Shown here: one piece after another, positions 19,575-29,449 of the stretch
Layout of the letters: the number at the start of each line of letters is the position of its first letter
How positions within the stretch are numbered: the stretch's first letter is position 1
Virus record (IMG/VR): IMGVR_UViG_3300025073_000026
DNA: 62,068 bases
Origin: a virus
Direction: 5' to 3' (one strand)
Notes under the pieces: generated by a model
What the model was told of the DNA's origin: nothing
The model's input: only the letters and a program-made list of their open reading frames with translations
The model's database searches: none
Position numbers and translations under genes: made by a program

Positions 19575-20789
19575 GTGCAGGGTATTGCTATGCACAAGGG
19601 GGCATACGCTTTGTTCTCTTTACCTTTCAAGACAACTATATACGTTGGGGATGCTCTCCAACGGCTAAAGGCACTACCTGATAACTCCGTCCATTGCTGT
19701 GTGACTAGCCCGCCCTATTGGGGATTGCGGTCGTATTTACCGGAGGGGCATCCTGACAAGGGGCTGGAGCAGGGGCTGGAGGAATCCCCGGATGCCTATG
19801 TGGAAAGAATGGTAGGAGTATTCCGAGAAGTACACCGGGTACTGAGAAAAAACGGAACCTGTTGGCTCAATATCGGGGATAGTTATGCCAGTGCTTGGGC
19901 TTGTAATCGTCGCAACATGATTGGCAATGGATCACTTGATGACGGTAAGCGAGATTCACGTCCAAACAGATTGGTGGGGGATTTGAAGGAAAAGGATCTC
20001 GTAGGAATCCCATGGATGTTAGCCTTTGCTCTTCGTAAAGATGGATGGTGCTTACGTCAAGACATCATCTGGTCCAAAAGAAATTGCATGCCAGAATCAG
20101 TTTCTGATCGCTGCACCAAAGCACATGAGTTGATCTTCCTACTGGCAAAGTCGGTAAAGTATTTCTACGATGCCGAAGCCATCAAGGAAGCAGCCAGTGA
20201 TGAGAGCCACGGTGCCCTAGAGGGTGGGTGTGGAGTAAAAGCACAAACTACAGGGAACCATAGTGGCCCGTTAGGACTTGTGCCCTCTAATGGGAAACGT
20301 AATGCCCGTTCCGTCTGGGATATCCCGACTTCTCCCTTCTCCGGGGCACATTTTGCTACGATGCCCGTTCAACTGGCTACCCGTTGTATCAAGGCTGGAA
20401 CATCTGAGAAAGGGTGCTGCTCAGTCTGTGGCTCCCCTTGGACACGTATCCTTGACAAAGAACCCGGCCGATGTGACCGGCCTAATCATCCCTATGACCC
20501 CAATCGACCAGATGGAATGTCCCTAAGAGGCGGGAGATTATCACCAGGAAAAGTGCTATCTACAGAATGGGTGCCTACTTGTAAATGTACCTCTGATAGT
20601 ATCCCTATCCCCTGCACTGTCCTAGATCCTTTCTTTGGAGCAGGGACCACTGGTCTTGCTGCTATGCAGCTTGGCCGGTCTGCAATAGGCATCGAGTTGA
20701 ACCAAGACTATGCCGAGATCGCCTGCAAACGATTGACTGATAACTTTGGAGTCATTGGCGATGATAGCCTCGTGGAGGTAGCCCATTGA
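19575..20789 (+). CDS. N4/N6 DNA methyltransferase (SPPY)
   Basis: TSPPY, HFATMP, CCSVC..CKC insert, DPFFGAGTTG. Confidence 0.93.
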   Translation: MQGIAMHKGAYALFSLPFKTTIYVGDALQRLKALPDNSVHCCVTSPPYWGLRSYLPEGHPDKGLEQGLEESPDAYVERMVGVFREVHRVLRKNGTCWLNIGDSYASAWACNRRNMIGNGSLDDGKRDSRPNRLVGDLKEKDLVGIPWMLAFALRKDGWCLRQDIIWSKRNCMPESVSDRCTKAHELIFLLAKSVKYFYDAEAIKEAASDESHGALEGGCGVKAQTTGNHSGPLGLVPSNGKRNARSVWDIPTSPFSGAHFATMPVQLATRCIKAGTSEKGCCSVCGSPWTRILDKEPGRCDRPNHPYDPNRPDGMSLRGGRLSPGKVLSTEWVPTCKCTSDSIPIPCTVLDPFFGAGTTGLAAMQLGRSAIGIELNQDYAEIACKRLTDNFGVIGDDSLVEVAH

Positions 20790-22006
20790 TCAGCATACCG
20801 AACAAAGTGATGATCCATACAGGCAACTGCCTATCCGTGTTGAAGTCCCTACCGGCAGAATCAATCCACTGTGTTGTCACTTCACCTCCGTACTTTGGCC
20901 TCCGCAACTATGGCAACCCCGATCAAATAGGGCTTGAATCATCCCCACAGGAATATGTGGCCCATCTTGTAGAGGTCTTCCGACAGATCAAACGAGTCTT
21001 GCGCCCAGACGGGACTGTATGGCTCAATATTGGAGATAGCTATGCAACCCAACCTGGTAAAGGTTCCAATGTGCCTCAGACCAAATGGCAGGCTAACTCC
21101 TACCCGGATAGTGCACCACATCGTTCCATTTCAATGCCCGGACTCAAACCCAAGGACTTGATCGGTATCCCGTGGAGACTCGCTCTAGCCCTCCAGGAAG
21201 ATGGGTGGTGGTTGCGATCGGAGATCATATGGGAGAAGTTCAACGGCCTTCCTGAATCAGTAACAGATAGAGTAACTCGCTCTCACGAGCACGTTTTCAT
21301 GCTGACCAAATCATCCAAGTATTTCTACGATGCAACTGCTATCCTGGAAGAGCCCCAAAGTGGGCCTTCCGACGTCAAAAAGATGTTAGAAAAGAAAGAA
21401 CGGATAGGAGGTAAGCACAAAACCCTGGTGGACTCACTATCCAAGGCATCCGCAACAACCAATGTGGGGACTCATCGAGGTGTGGGTGACCCATTCTTCA
21501 GGAACAAACGATCAGTGTGGACGATAGGACTGCAACCCTTCCATGGGGGCCATTTTGCCGTCATGCCATCTAAATTGGCCGAACCCTGTATTCTGGCTGG
21601 GACTTCCGAGAAGGGTTGCTGCCCAACCTGTGGTGCTCCTTGGGTACGACTAGTCAAGAAATGGGAGGCTCCATCTGAGAAGGAATACCATCCGGTCAAT
21701 ACAGAGATGGATTGGCTATCTCAGGATGATGACCTGACCGGACCAGTTTTGCATACCGAGCAAACTATTGCTGATCGTACTCTTGGGTGGGAACCTACCT
21801 GTAAATGCTCGGACAATACGTCCCCTACCCCCTGCACTGTCCTAGACCCATTTTTTGGAGTAGGAACTACAGCTCTCGTCTCTATGCTCCATGGCCGTTC
21901 TTGTGTGGGGATAGAATTGAACCCCGAATATGTGAAGATGGCTGTGAAGCGACTGGAGGATGAATTTGGGGTAATAGGGATGAATGCAGTTGAGGTAGCA
22001 GGATGA
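20786..22006 (+). CDS. N4/N6 DNA methyltransferase (SPPY)
   Basis: TSPPY, HFAVMP, CCPTC..CKC insert, DPFFGVGTT. Confidence 0.93.
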   Translation: MISIPNKVMIHTGNCLSVLKSLPAESIHCVVTSPPYFGLRNYGNPDQIGLESSPQEYVAHLVEVFRQIKRVLRPDGTVWLNIGDSYATQPGKGSNVPQTKWQANSYPDSAPHRSISMPGLKPKDLIGIPWRLALALQEDGWWLRSEIIWEKFNGLPESVTDRVTRSHEHVFMLTKSSKYFYDATAILEEPQSGPSDVKKMLEKKERIGGKHKTLVDSLSKASATTNVGTHRGVGDPFFRNKRSVWTIGLQPFHGGHFAVMPSKLAEPCILAGTSEKGCCPTCGAPWVRLVKKWEAPSEKEYHPVNTEMDWLSQDDDLTGPVLHTEQTIADRTLGWEPTCKCSDNTSPTPCTVLDPFFGVGTTALVSMLHGRSCVGIELNPEYVKMAVKRLEDEFGVIGMNAVEVAG

Positions 22007-22200
22007 CAGAAGAGAAACGAATTGGCTACTCTATCTGGGAGACTGTTGGCTTCACCATTGCTAATATGGACTTAAAACCTGCTGAGTCCTTGGATGAAGC
22101 AAAAGCCCTTGTGGCTACGGGGGAGTATGCTTTCGTTATGGATGGTGGAGTGTTAAGGTTGTCACCTGTAATCGGGCATGTCACAGATGAGGGCTTCTGA
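22003..22200 (+). CDS. hypothetical protein
   Basis: ATGA-coupled. Confidence 0.55.
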   Translation: MTEEKRIGYSIWETVGFTIANMDLKPAESLDEAKALVATGEYAFVMDGGVLRLSPVIGHVTDEGF

Positions 22201-22558
22201 TATGCTGGTCTGGGATACCGACAGTGATGCTAAGAGTATCTTTGATGTGCTGGACCCTACGGTGCAAGGGAAATTGGAAAGGGATATCTCCGGATGCCCG
22301 GTCTGCCATGCAGACTTGACCACTCCCATTAGTGGGGATTTCCTCTACTTTCCGAATAGGATCACGTTCGGGAGACTTTTGAGTTGTGGCTGTGACGTCA
22401 AGGTGAGGGTACGTATGATGCTCAAGCCCTGTCCTCAGCCGGAGAGACCACTACGGGAGAACAGTGATACTTGGTTTGAGCAAGACTGTTATGGAAATGC
22501 TTTGAGATATTGGCGGGCACATTACGGGGTCCAGACATACGAGTTGATCGACTCATGA
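22178..22558 (+). CDS. hypothetical protein
   Basis: Stop overlaps first cassette start. Confidence 0.55.
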   Translation: MSQMRASDMLVWDTDSDAKSIFDVLDPTVQGKLERDISGCPVCHADLTTPISGDFLYFPNRITFGRLLSCGCDVKVRVRMMLKPCPQPERPLRENSDTWFEQDCYGNALRYWRAHYGVQTYELIDS

Positions 22559-22917
22559 CATTGCTGATCTCCATAGCTAGGAAACCCTTGAGTGAGGCCA
22601 CAGTAGCCCGTAACGTCCTCAATACAGGGGGGGGGGCATTGAACATAGATAGGTGTAGGCACCAAAGGCAGGATACCTATTGTTACCCAAATGGCCCCGG
22701 AGGTAAAGCCTATGGGTTTGGTACTCTGAGATCAATTATGGTACGTCCAAATCCCACGGGATCTAACTCCATGGGGGCGTGGCCGACCAATGTTGTTCTA
22801 GGTGGTACCATTAGCACCTTATTCCCTGATGCCCTATTCCGTAAAGCAAGTGTTTCTAATGATGTGAATCTGGCGAACCGCTCGGCGGCAAGGTACTTCA
22901 AACAGGTCCAGGAATGA
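22555..22917 (+). CDS. MTase-insert cassette B1 (short class; G10 in frame)
   Basis: MTLLISIARKP...GGGALNIDRCR...GAWPTNVVL...SAARYFKQ. Confidence 0.85.
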   Translation: MTLLISIARKPLSEATVARNVLNTGGGALNIDRCRHQRQDTYCYPNGPGGKAYGFGTLRSIMVRPNPTGSNSMGAWPTNVVLGGTISTLFPDALFRKASVSNDVNLANRSAARYFKQVQE

Positions 22918-23553
22918 ACCTTCTGATCTCCATAGCTAGGAAACCTGTATCTGAAAGCAGCATCACCCGTAATGTGGCGGCATACGAAAGCGGCGGGCTT
23001 AATGTAGACGCCGCAAGACTGTTTTGCGGTACAGAGCATATGCGTGGGATTGTCAAAGGAATGACAGATGGGGGCATGACTGCAGCAGACGGAAGAACAG
23101 GAAAATCCCTTGGCAGATTTGAACCCGGCAAGGTATTCCAAGCCACGGATTCTCCCCTCGGTCGTTGGCCCGCTAACGCGCTCTTAGAGCATAGACCCGA
23201 TTGCAAGGAAACAGGTACTATGAAGGTAACCCGGAAGGAATGGTCTCGGTTCGCTGGTTCTTCCGGACCCGATAAGGTGTACGGGGGGGGGGGGGGTGGC
23301 GGCAGACAGACAGACAGACAGACAGTCAGTGGAAGAGCATCGGGCTATCTGGCAATGTGCTGAAGGTTGCCCTGTGAAAGAAATGGACAGGCAAAGCGGT
23401 ACTCTACATTCGAATGGCAACATTGAGTTGACTACATCTTCTAACAAAGATGTGATCTACACAGGAGGGTGGCTTCCCCGGACTCGGATTATCAGAACCT
23501 TTGATAATGGGGGTGGTGCCTCCAGGTTCTTCAAACAGGTGCAGCAAGAATGA
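22914..23553 (+). pseudogene. MTase-insert cassette B2, frameshifted at G14 + (CAGA)5
   Basis: N-half in frame 22914..; C-half (WQCAEGCP...GGASRFFKQ) in the +1 frame ending 23553. Confidence 0.8.
23283..23330 (+). repeat. Simple sequence repeats G14 and (CAGA)5(CAGT)2
   Basis: Read directly: G 23283-23296; CAGA x5 23303-23322. Confidence 0.95.
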
Positions 23554-23992
23554 CGTTATTGATAGCTATAGCTAGGAAGCCTTTGGGTGAAGGTCACACA
23601 GTAGCACTTAACGTCCTTAGTACAGGGGGGGGGCGTTGAATATAGATAGGTGTAGAGTTGGTGCTGAGTGTACCACGACGAGGCATTCCTCCTCCTCCTC
23701 CTTTTTCAGTGGGAAGATAGGCGAAATCCAACCCATCGTTGAGAAATACTCAACGGGCAGTGATTTGGGCAGATGGCCAGCCAACCTACTTCTTGTGATA
23801 GATCGCCAGATAACGAAGTCGTTCCCGAGAGTGCACGGGGCAGGTTCCTCTAGGGCTGCGTGGTGTCATGGTAAATCTGACACCAGTGTATATGGAAGAT
23901 ATGGTGGGGATGACGTGGGGGGCCATAGGTTTGGTGACTCTGGCTCTTCATTTCGCTTCTTTAAATCCTTTTCGTCTAAGGACGCTGAATGA
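23550..23992 (+). pseudogene. MTase-insert cassette B3, frameshifted at G9 (23625-23633)
   Basis: MTLLIAIARKP...LSTGGG then stop; one extra G restores ALNIDRCR...GRWPAN...RFFK. Confidence 0.85.
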
Positions 23993-24462
23993 CCCTACTG
24001 ATAGCCATAGCTAGGAAACCAATCACAGGAAGAACGATAACAGAGAACGTCCTTAAGTGGAGAGGGGGCGGGATAAATGTAGATGCCAGTCGGGTGGCAA
24101 CAACCCAAGGGGATCGCCAACAAATGCTAGAAATGTCCCGCGGATTCGTTGGAAGGAGATTTGGTAAGCCAGAGTCAATGAACTATGGTTATGAAGGAAG
24201 CATGCCAGTTAAAACTTTGAGCGAACCTTCTCCACTCGGTAGGTGGCCAGCCAACATCGTACTTGAAAAAGACGTGAGCGTGATTGATGGCTTTCCCGTG
24301 ACGTCTAGCGGAAATTTGCTTACGACTCATTTCCTCAAAGCTTCTGAGAACACATCAATGTCTGGCCCAAATCAGGGACGCAACCCCCGTCAAAATTGGG
24401 GTGGCAATATTGGCTCTGCTGCTAGACTGTTCCAGCAGTTCCCATTTGAGGATGTGGAATGA
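23989..24462 (+). CDS. MTase-insert cassette B4
   Basis: MTLLIAIARKP...GRWPAN...SAARLFQ. Confidence 0.85.
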   Translation: MTLLIAIARKPITGRTITENVLKWRGGGINVDASRVATTQGDRQQMLEMSRGFVGRRFGKPESMNYGYEGSMPVKTLSEPSPLGRWPANIVLEKDVSVIDGFPVTSSGNLLTTHFLKASENTSMSGPNQGRNPRQNWGGNIGSAARLFQQFPFEDVE

Positions 24463-25091
24463 CCCTCCTGATAGCCATAGCTAGGAAACCCATAGTTGGG
24501 GCTGTGGTGCTGAATGCCATCAAGCATGGCTGTGGTGGGATCAGTGTAGATGGGTGCAGGATTGATTCAGACGGCACACATGAAAGTGCTGCCAGAGCCG
24601 GACATGGCAAAGGCTACGAGAATACCCCCAACAAGGGGACTTTCGGTGCTGGTCTAGGGGGTCGGATATCTGCACCCCATTTCGACGGTAGATGGCCCGC
24701 TAATGTGCTTCTACAGCATAATGTTGATTGTAGACAGAATGGCATAGTCACGATAGGGCATGGAGAGCGCCATAAAGCCAAACCCGGACAAAAACCATTT
24801 ACGGATGCTCGCGGCTGGAATGAACACGAGATGACACGAGACGGGGCACACGCTCCTGATAACTATGGGGTAGAAAGCATTCCCAATTGGTGTTGCTCAG
24901 ACAGTTGCCCAATCCCAATCTTAGATCGATCCGAAACTCACGAAGCAGGCAATCGTGGCAAAATGACTAATCATGTGACCCCTAACCGGATATACTGTGG
25001 ATCCTGGACCCCAATGGGGAATAACCCGAAGTACCATGAGGACAGAGACCCATCAAAACCATCACGATTCTTTAAGCAGGTAAGAGAGTGA
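24459..25091 (+). CDS. MTase-insert cassette B5 (long class, H..C/WxCxxxCP)
   Basis: MTLLIAIARKP...GRWPAN...PSRFFKQ. Confidence 0.85.
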   Translation: MTLLIAIARKPIVGAVVLNAIKHGCGGISVDGCRIDSDGTHESAARAGHGKGYENTPNKGTFGAGLGGRISAPHFDGRWPANVLLQHNVDCRQNGIVTIGHGERHKAKPGQKPFTDARGWNEHEMTRDGAHAPDNYGVESIPNWCCSDSCPIPILDRSETHEAGNRGKMTNHVTPNRIYCGSWTPMGNNPKYHEDRDPSKPSRFFKQVRE

Positions 25092-25708
25092 CTCTCTTGA
25101 TAGCCATAGCCCGCAAACCTACAGTGGAACCCAACATTGTGGCTAATGCCCTAGAGTGGGGGACAAGTGGGATCAATGTAGATGGATGCAGGATCAGGGG
25201 CCATGTCTCCGATGTCCCCAAAAAGCGTGGAACAAACACCTTCGGTCTGTTAAATGACGACGGGTGGGTTCCGCATCCATCCGATTTTTACCCCCATGCA
25301 TCAGGACGATGGCCAGCCAATTTGCTCCTGCAGCATCTTCCTACCTGTACCCACATCGGGACAACAGAGGAACCCGGATATGTTATCAACCGATGGAAAG
25401 ATGGCTCTAAGCCCTTCGGCGGGGGTGCGGGACACCCTTATGAGGGATCCCAAACCAAAGCCAGTTCAACGGATGTTTGGGAGTGCCAACATGGGTGCCC
25501 GGTAGGAACCCTGGATGAACAGGTTGGCCCACTGACAAGTGGCTCCGGCTGCTTCATGCGGAAGTCCAGTAAAGATGGATGGGGTAACCGGAGTGCTGCC
25601 TACGGAAAAGAAAGCAGGCCCGCAGGGGCAGAGCAGATTTCCTATGGAGATACAGGATATGCCTCACGGTTTTTCAAGCAATTCAAAGCCGATAATGGAG
25701 TAGAGTAA
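25088..25708 (+). CDS. MTase-insert cassette B6 (long class)
   Basis: MTLLIAIARKP...GRWPAN...WECQHGCP...ASRFFKQ. Confidence 0.85.
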   Translation: MTLLIAIARKPTVEPNIVANALEWGTSGINVDGCRIRGHVSDVPKKRGTNTFGLLNDDGWVPHPSDFYPHASGRWPANLLLQHLPTCTHIGTTEEPGYVINRWKDGSKPFGGGAGHPYEGSQTKASSTDVWECQHGCPVGTLDEQVGPLTSGSGCFMRKSSKDGWGNRSAAYGKESRPAGAEQISYGDTGYASRFFKQFKADNGVE

Positions 25709-25736
25709 CGTAGCATCATTGGAGGATACCCCAGCC

Positions 25737-26324
25737 ATGCCCAAGAACAAGAACAAGCACAATCAGGAAAAGCACAGACAGAAGGTCAAAGAAAAGCAGC
25801 AGAGAAAGAGGGACGTCCGAGCCGTCCAGGTAAAGAGAGCCAATAGAGCGGCTCTCTCAGCTCACCGTATGATGGCTCTTGATATGGCAAAGTTTGAGAA
25901 AGATGATTTCGTGTGGTGGATGGCACATGCCATTAACTACATGGTTTCTGACTACGCACAGGCCATCTGGAATCCACTCTTTGATCTCTACACTATAAAC
26001 ACCCCGGCCCCCAATATAGCTGAGATCGTAACTAAGGTCACAGATATCTTTGGAACATCCGAGCAGGCCGATGATGTGCTTTCCCTATTGGGCCTGAAAG
26101 CAGACACCTACTACAAACTCAGGAACCTTGTTCTCGCCAAATACAAGGTCGCCCACCCTGATGACCCCAACTCATCCGAAGCTATCAGGGGGCCTCATGT
26201 CTCGGAAGTCTGGGAGTACTTTGACATGCTGAAAAAAACAGCTAGCAAGAACAAACCGCCCCTGGCTATTAGCACAGAAATGGCCCCCATTGTGGCCGGA
26301 ATCCCTTTTGAGCCTAGCGTCTAA
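25737..26324 (+). CDS. hypothetical protein, basic N-terminus
   Basis: GGAGG RBS. Confidence 0.7.
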   Translation: MPKNKNKHNQEKHRQKVKEKQQRKRDVRAVQVKRANRAALSAHRMMALDMAKFEKDDFVWWMAHAINYMVSDYAQAIWNPLFDLYTINTPAPNIAEIVTKVTDIFGTSEQADDVLSLLGLKADTYYKLRNLVLAKYKVAHPDDPNSSEAIRGPHVSEVWEYFDMLKKTASKNKPPLAISTEMAPIVAGIPFEPSV

Positions 26325-26340
26325 TCGGAGGTAACCAATT

Positions 26341-27603
26341 ATGGTGAAATACATTCCTGTAGATGAACAGACACGTACCAACTTGCTGGAGTCAATCCTT
26401 CTGTCCGATGAGAGTGGGGCACCCATCTCAACCTTCCTCTCTGCATTGTCCTCAGTGCAGAAGCGGATGGATAAGCTTAGATGCATCCTTAAAGAGCGGA
26501 GTACAAAGAACTTGTGCTACCAGCTCGTAGAGGAACACCTTTCGAATATCAACAATCTCCTAACCAAGGGTGTACTAGGGTTGTCCCCAACAGGAGATCT
26601 AGTTCTAGCCTACGATGCTCCTTCGGAGTCCTCACAGGAGCCCAAACAAGAGGTATGGTTCTATCAGATGACGGAAGTAGGCCTGTCAGTCTATATGACT
26701 AGATTCCGGACAAAAGAGGAACGCCTTGACTTCTCTCTAGGGAATGGCGCACAGGGGCAGGTATGGTGCCAAACAGCAGACGCTTGGGCACCCTTCGACG
26801 AACAGATCGATATGTTGAGTAAACTTGAGATTGGGGCCATTCTAGATGAGACTACGGAATCTCCCATGAATGGGCCCAATCCCATCCCCACTCCGATGAA
26901 TGTGTTCGCACAAATGGAGGGGCCTCTAAGTAAAGACAAACTCCCCAAGATAGAAGAACTCAGGGCACGAGCCGCATCTCTTGGGGCAGATATCTCTACC
27001 TTCGACGGCCGAAACCGTAAAGGCATCCTGGCCTTCCTGGATGACATCGAAAAGACTCGGACTTCCGACCCCAAACCATCAACCATCAAGTTTGACACAC
27101 CCCCATTAGCAACCATCAAAGAAATCATGAGTGGGGCACCCAAATCACAAGATGAGTGGAACGCTTTGGTTACGGCCCCTGTCCCCAAACCCACACCTGT
27201 AGATGGACTCCCCGCAGTAGAGCCCGGGATTGATCTCTCTGATCTTGAAGAGACCCCACCGCAAAGAGGGTTCCATAAAACCGCCCCTGCTGTTGGGAAA
27301 CCTGAAGTGATCGATGTAGATGACTTACTGGGTATTGCACCAACCCAGACTACCGCCCCAGAAGAACCCTTCGTGGATGACGACTCTGAAAAGACTGTTA
27401 TCCCCGGTTCTGAGCCCATAGCGGAACCCCCTAGGGGCAAGGGTGGAGACTTCAAGCAAGAGAAGCCAACGGGTCTCCTGGCTGAGGTTCTGGTGGAGTC
27501 GAATCAAATCGATCTGGATAGACTGCTTGAGGATCCAGACGCCGACAACACCCCAAAGCCCACGGATTCGGATTCCATTTTCGAAGAAGACGAAGTGTCC
27601 TGA
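26341..27603 (+). CDS. hypothetical protein, acidic/Pro-rich C-terminus
   Basis: GGAGG RBS, 420 aa. Confidence 0.75.
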   Translation: MVKYIPVDEQTRTNLLESILLSDESGAPISTFLSALSSVQKRMDKLRCILKERSTKNLCYQLVEEHLSNINNLLTKGVLGLSPTGDLVLAYDAPSESSQEPKQEVWFYQMTEVGLSVYMTRFRTKEERLDFSLGNGAQGQVWCQTADAWAPFDEQIDMLSKLEIGAILDETTESPMNGPNPIPTPMNVFAQMEGPLSKDKLPKIEELRARAASLGADISTFDGRNRKGILAFLDDIEKTRTSDPKPSTIKFDTPPLATIKEIMSGAPKSQDEWNALVTAPVPKPTPVDGLPAVEPGIDLSDLEETPPQRGFHKTAPAVGKPEVIDVDDLLGIAPTQTTAPEEPFVDDDSEKTVIPGSEPIAEPPRGKGGDFKQEKPTGLLAEVLVESNQIDLDRLLEDPDADNTPKPTDSDSIFEEDEVS

Positions 27604-27666
27604 CTCCCCTAATTTCCCTATAGCCCCCGTCTTTTTGGTAGTTCTGTCTCAGGTGGGGGTCTACCC

Positions 27667-27987
27667 TTGGGAACAACATCACCATGGTGGTACGACGGGG
27701 ACGTAAACATGCTCAAAGGTGTGGAGGGGTCTGAAACCAACCCGCCTCGCCTCAAAATGGAATATATCGTCCTCTTCGTTCGAGAGATACCTAATGCTCG
27801 TTTGTCCTTCAATGACCTTTATCCGTTGCTGTTGCCAGAGGAACAGACTCGACTTCTACCTGTCTTTCGAACTGCCTACTACACAATGCCAGACTACCTC
27901 CAGGTAGAGGACAACTTTCAACATCGGATCAACACCCAATCGGTGCGAACGGTAGGTAAATACGGGGGCACTCGGTTAGGTAAATGA
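27667..27987 (+). CDS. hypothetical protein
   Basis: ORF; start uncertain. Confidence 0.5.
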   Translation: MGTTSPWWYDGDVNMLKGVEGSETNPPRLKMEYIVLFVREIPNARLSFNDLYPLLLPEEQTRLLPVFRTAYYTMPDYLQVEDNFQHRINTQSVRTVGKYGGTRLGK

Positions 27988-28092
27988 AAGCGGTGCCCAT
28001 CGACGTTGAGCGATATTCCCCACTTGCACGGTACAGTGTACCAGAAGGGTGGGTGCTGGTAGTTTCACAAGACACGTAAGGAGATATGAGCC

Positions 28093-28368
28093 ATGACGTA
28101 TTACCCACCTTTCATGCGAGCTAGGAATCTGAAGGTCATTCGTCCTCAGGGGGTTCCTGTTGCAACCGTCCTGAAGGAAGAACCCATTAACGTAACAGCA
28201 GCCCTACAGGAAGTTGAAGTGAGCATTCCAGTAGAGGAAGTGGCTGCAAAACCCATTGTCCAGGAGACACAGCCTGTAAATGCTAAGGTCACCAAACCTG
28301 CGTCCAAGAAGACAGAACAGCCCAAAACGAAACCTGTCCCTTGGAACAAGGGGAAGGGGAAGAAGTAA
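28093..28368 (+). CDS. hypothetical protein
   Basis: GGAG RBS. Confidence 0.55.
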   Translation: MTYYPPFMRARNLKVIRPQGVPVATVLKEEPINVTAALQEVEVSIPVEEVAAKPIVQETQPVNAKVTKPASKKTEQPKTKPVPWNKGKGKK

Positions 28369-28371
28369 CTC

Positions 28372-28839
28372 GTGTCCGCTCGATCTTGTGCTGCCGATTC
28401 ATCTCCCCCCGAGGAGATGGCAATATGTAAATACATCCCCCAGAAGCTCTATGGCTTTGCCCTCTCCAAGTCTGGACAAGAAGTCTTTTTCCACTTGGGG
28501 GCGTTTCAGCCCGGAGACTATGGGTTTGACCCGCCCCCGCCCCCGATTCTTGGAGAGCGGGTTTTAGTCACCTTCACAGAAACGACTACAGGCAAATCAA
28601 CCTTAAGAGCAAATCGGGTTGTTCGAACACAACGGCCACTGCCTCTGAAAGGAACCATCGAGTCTTTCGACCCCACTCGTGGATACGGGTTCATTCGGGG
28701 GGATGACGGGATAGCCTATCATCTGCATCGTTCCGAGGTGATGAATGGCAGGTTGCCCCTAGCGAATCAGAAAGTACAATTCTATGCCGGGACCAGGCAG
28801 GAACGGCCCCGAGCATGCCATGTGAAGGTCTTGAACTAA
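28372..28839 (+). CDS. Tandem cold-shock-domain (OB-fold) protein
   Basis: KLYGF...EVFFH and RGYGFI...YHLH: two RNP1/RNP2 pairs. Confidence 0.85.
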   Translation: MSARSCAADSSPPEEMAICKYIPQKLYGFALSKSGQEVFFHLGAFQPGDYGFDPPPPPILGERVLVTFTETTTGKSTLRANRVVRTQRPLPLKGTIESFDPTRGYGFIRGDDGIAYHLHRSEVMNGRLPLANQKVQFYAGTRQERPRACHVKVLN

Positions 28840-28855
28840 ATTGGAGGTTATCTCA

Positions 28856-29449
28856 ATGACTCAAGAGACCAATCCCTTTGGAGGGAAGAACCCAAACTCC
28901 CTATACGTCCCAATGTCTGAGACAGAACAGGAAGTGTTGGATCGGCTGGTAACAGCCGATGACATCGAAGTCCACATCATCGGTTGGGGAGTCCTTCATA
29001 CCCCGAAGATACGCTTTGGAGACAAGAGGGTATCCATTCGCTTTCAGTTGAGCTTCAATGCCCCTGCGATACCCACCCCTGTGTACTACTTCGATCTAGA
29101 GCTGCGAACCCGTGCAGGGCTCGTTTTGTTCGCTGAGAGACATTCAGCCATGTATGACCAGAAGCCCATTTCAGTCTCGGCCGGAATGCACCTGGATATG
29201 ATCTGGGACATTGCTATCCACAAGATGTCCGAAGATGTAGTCAAGATGATCAAACCAGGTGCGGTGGGGCTTACATCCCGGGTAGACAACATGCATCTGA
29301 AACCTGAGACGCAGGCTATCCTGAAGACACTCCATGACGGGGAGGCGTCAATCAAAGCATCGGACGCTAGAAGAGTTGCTTTCGCTGAGAAGAAAGAGGA
29401 TGCCGCAGTCAAAGCAGGTGAAGTCAAGAAACTCATCGTGACGCCCTAA
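28856..29449 (+). CDS. hypothetical protein
   Basis: GGAGG RBS. Confidence 0.7.
   Translation: MTQETNPFGGKNPNSLYVPMSETEQEVLDRLVTADDIEVHIIGWGVLHTPKIRFGDKRVSIRFQLSFNAPAIPTPVYYFDLELRTRAGLVLFAERHSAMYDQKPISVSAGMHLDMIWDIAIHKMSEDVVKMIKPGAVGLTSRVDNMHLKPETQAILKTLHDGEASIKASDARRVAFAEKKEDAAVKAGEVKKLIVTP

Noticed and set aside
22555-25708. Diversity-generating retroelement or CRISPR array as the explanation for the cassette repeats
   Set aside because: No reverse transcriptase in the window, no template/variable pair differing only at adenines, and the units are 360-640 bp coding sequences rather than repeat-spacer units.
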